Origin: Vicugna vicugna
Taxonomy: Eukaryota
Direction of reading: 5' to 3'
DNA: 64,000 nt
Assembly: GCA_013265495.1 (NCBI GenBank)
Contig: MU058221.1
Location: 2,356,001-2,420,000, forward strand
The notes under the pieces were generated by a model. The model was not told the DNA's origin. It searched no databases and worked only from the letters and a program-made list of their open reading frames with translations. Below, one piece after another: positions 61,507 through 64,000 of the stretch (position 1 is the first letter of the stretch; each line of letters opens with the position of its first letter). Position numbers and translations under genes: made by a program.

Positions 61507-61855
61507 TGTCTGGGTCTGTATGGGCTGCTGTAACAAAATATTACACACTGGGTGGCTTATTGACAACAGAAGTATGCTTCTCATTGGTCCGGAGGCTGAG
61601 AAAGCCAAGATCAAGGTGCTGGCATGTTCAGTGTCTGCTGAGGCCCACTTCCTGCTTCGGAACAGCTCTCTTCAGCTGTAACCTCACATGATGGGGACAA
61701 GGGCGTTCTCTGGCCTCCTCTGGCAAGCACACTGTCCCATTCATGGAGGCTCCATCCTTATGATCCAAGCACCTCCCAAAGTCCCCACATCCAAATACCA
61801 TCACCTTGGTTGCAACATAGGAATTTTGGGAGACACAGACATTCAGTTGATAGCC
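61507..61855 (-). mobile_element. MLT1A-like MaLR LTR
   Basis: gggctgctgtaacaaaatattacacactgggtggctt...ccaagatcaaggtgctggca...cacctcccaaag...aataccatcaccttgg...ttttgggagacacagacattcag. Confidence 0.88.
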
Positions 61856-63069
61856 AGAAGTTGCGTATAATCTGACCTGTGAGGTGGTAAGGCTGAATAC
61901 AGGCACTTTGAGAAACCTACCCTAGTCTCGGGGGGTAAAGAAAGGCCTTGTTCACCCTGCAGTGAATCTGATTTAGAGTTTTGTTCTGGGAGACTGCTGT
62001 CAGGGAGGTTATGGGCAACGATTTTTGACCGAGTGTAAGGATGAGCTTTAAAACTGTCGAGAGCTGCTCAAATATTGAAGTTGCTTGGGGAAATGGTGAG
62101 ATCGTGTCAAAGGAGATAATAAGATATTTGATGGGAGCATTTCAAGATTCATGAACTGAAAGTGAATTAGCAAGGTGAGCTGTAAAGTCTCAAATCCTGA
62201 GAGACTTCGACTCCCTGGACTTGCATGTGATGGGAATGATCCTCGGAGAAATGGAACCGGAAGGTCTCATTAACGAGGAAGGTGCTGCTTAAGCGGAGAA
62301 CGGTGAGGCGGACCTCACAGGCAGTGGGTGGGGCAGAATGAGTTAGGGGCTTTGACTGCTGCCGGATCTGCCCCATGCACGCAGGAGTCCACGGGATGGA
62401 TTTTGGAACACCCGGATCTTCTGCCTTGGTCCGTTCTAAGTCCTCTAGCCGTTCAGATAAACTGGGGCGTTTCTGTTGGGAGCTGTTTGTTTTCTGACAC
62501 TTGAACCTCCCAGTGCTGGTGTGTAGACAGCAGAGGGTTGTGGACGGAGTGGTCTGGGCTCCAGTGTCTCATGGCGTTTTGCTGGGGACGCGTGCTCCTC
62601 TCCGGCGTGGCCTGGTGATGGGAAGGGGTGGTTGCTGGAGCTACAGGGCACTCCTGGTGGCATGGGTATATGTTCAAACTTAGTTTTGTGGAAGTCTTAT
62701 AAGTGGAGGGATTAGGGGTGGTAGATACAGTAGAAGTCATACGGGATTCCACCCATCCTCCTGGAAGTGTGACAGCCCTTCCGTCCTTTGAACTCTGTTA
62801 AAATGCATAAGTATCTTACACTGCGGAAGGGGAATGAAGCAATCCGTTCCTCCCAGGGTCACCAGCGTGGCCTTAGAGAACTGGAATCTGAGCGACCGCT
62901 TTGCTTAAAATCCTTCCGCTTTCCCTGATCACCTTCCAGCTGACACCCAATTCCCTAGCGTGGAAAAGAAGGCAGCTGAAGAGTCCGCAGCACCGGCTCT
63001 AGAACCCTTCTGCCTGGGGGACAAGTGCTGATGTCGGAGCAGTTACGTTGCCTGTCCGTGCCTCCGTTT

Positions 63070-63490
63070 CCTCATCGTAAATGGTGATGGTGGTAATAAC
63101 CCCGAGCTCTTCCCGTTGTTCTGAAGACGAGATGTGTCAACATGTGTATCAAGCGTGTAGGGCAGCGTCCGGCCCGCTGCCGGTGACAGTACTGGCTGTC
63201 TGCCCCGCCCCCGCTCACTGGGCGCTTCTTGAGGACAGGACGTGTGCAGTGTCGGTACCCGTCCCAGGACAGGCGTGATGCACAGCACGGGTGAGGTGTA
63301 GGAGCTCCGACTGGAGCCGAACTCCTTTGGCTCCCATTCTGGTTCCATTGAGGGGCCATCTGCGCGGTACTTAACTTCCTTGTCGTCGGTTTTCTCATCT
63401 GTGAATCGAGGAGAGCCAATTCTGATAGTACGTGCAAAGCATTTAATTGAACACAGAGCCAGCCATTAAAACGGTTCGCTGATATTATCA
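63070..63490. mobile_element. Cluster of MIR fragments in both orientations
   Basis: gcctccgtttcctcatcgtaaatggtgatg; tttctcatctgtgaa...gatagtacgtgcaaagcatttaa. Confidence 0.5.
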
Positions 63491-64000
63491 TTAGAGGTCA
63501 GTAGACGTTGGCATAATAAACATTCAAAATGCTGATGGAAAATGCCAGTGTGTGTCCACTTTCCCCTTGCCCCATCCCCCCCTCGCGGCCACCGCAGCCA
63601 GTCAGTTCCCCGCACCTCAGTTTCCAGGTTGCGTATCTAGGGACAATGTGACGGAATGCCCGCTTCCCGAGAGGACCACGGAGATGGATGTTCATGTTTA
63701 TAAAGTTGCTCCGAGCGACCTGAGGAAAATTACAGGTGAAAAGTACTGTTCTCACCCTGATTATTAATTGATGCCCCCAACCGCTCATCAGTTGGAATAT
63801 GACTGATCCACTGGCTCCGGAGGAAGATTGATCACTTGCCTCCCCAAACCTGGGGCTGTGCCTTTCATTAAGTGCAATTATCTCCCAGCAAACGCACACA
63901 TCTTGAGTCCACCGCCTCTTACTCAATGAAATCATTAAACCTCTTTGCAGCGAGGAGCTGTCAAAAGCCACCTGATGAAAAATGGCCCTAGACTGGGACT

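Noticed and set aside
1..64000. The many 60-210 aa six-frame ORFs as host protein-coding genes
   Set aside because: Apart from L1 ORF1/ORF2 remnants, none resembles a protein family I recognise. Many start at non-ATG codons or run through microsatellites and repeats, as expected by chance in GC-rich intronic DNA.
63930..64000. Possible exon starting after ctctttgcag at 63950
   Set aside because: The pyrimidine tract is short and the window ends before any donor can be seen.

Overview
Mammalian genomic DNA, most likely camelid (camel, alpaca or llama). Seven copies of a short tRNA-Ala-derived SINE resembling the camelid vic-1 family are present, and I saw no Alu, Bov-tA, CHR or PRE1. The window reads as the intronic 5' region of a large gene that I could not identify. 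It has a GC/CpG-rich left edge, no recognisable host protein-coding exon, and a few candidate non-coding exons on the + strand (best: 38453-38584). It also holds several motif-dense putative enhancers and many interspersed repeats: L1 of several ages, L2, L3/CR1, MIR, MLT1 MaLR LTRs, two ERV1-type solo LTRs and MER5/MER58 hAT elements. The only ORFs with recognisable protein similarity are decayed LINE-1 ORF1/ORF2 fragments. I found no evidence of a new multi-gene system. The most unusual structures are (i) a ~190-bp foldback element built from repeated GGACATTTGGTCC units inside an old L1 at 8.7-8.9 kb, (ii) a tail-less internal L1 reverse-transcriptase segment flanked by a 14-bp target-site duplication inside an MLT1A LTR, and (iii) an inverted ORF1 / 3'UTR L1 chimera inside an L3 element. 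Repeat family names come from my recognition of consensus motifs, not from a database search, and boundaries of old repeats are approximate.
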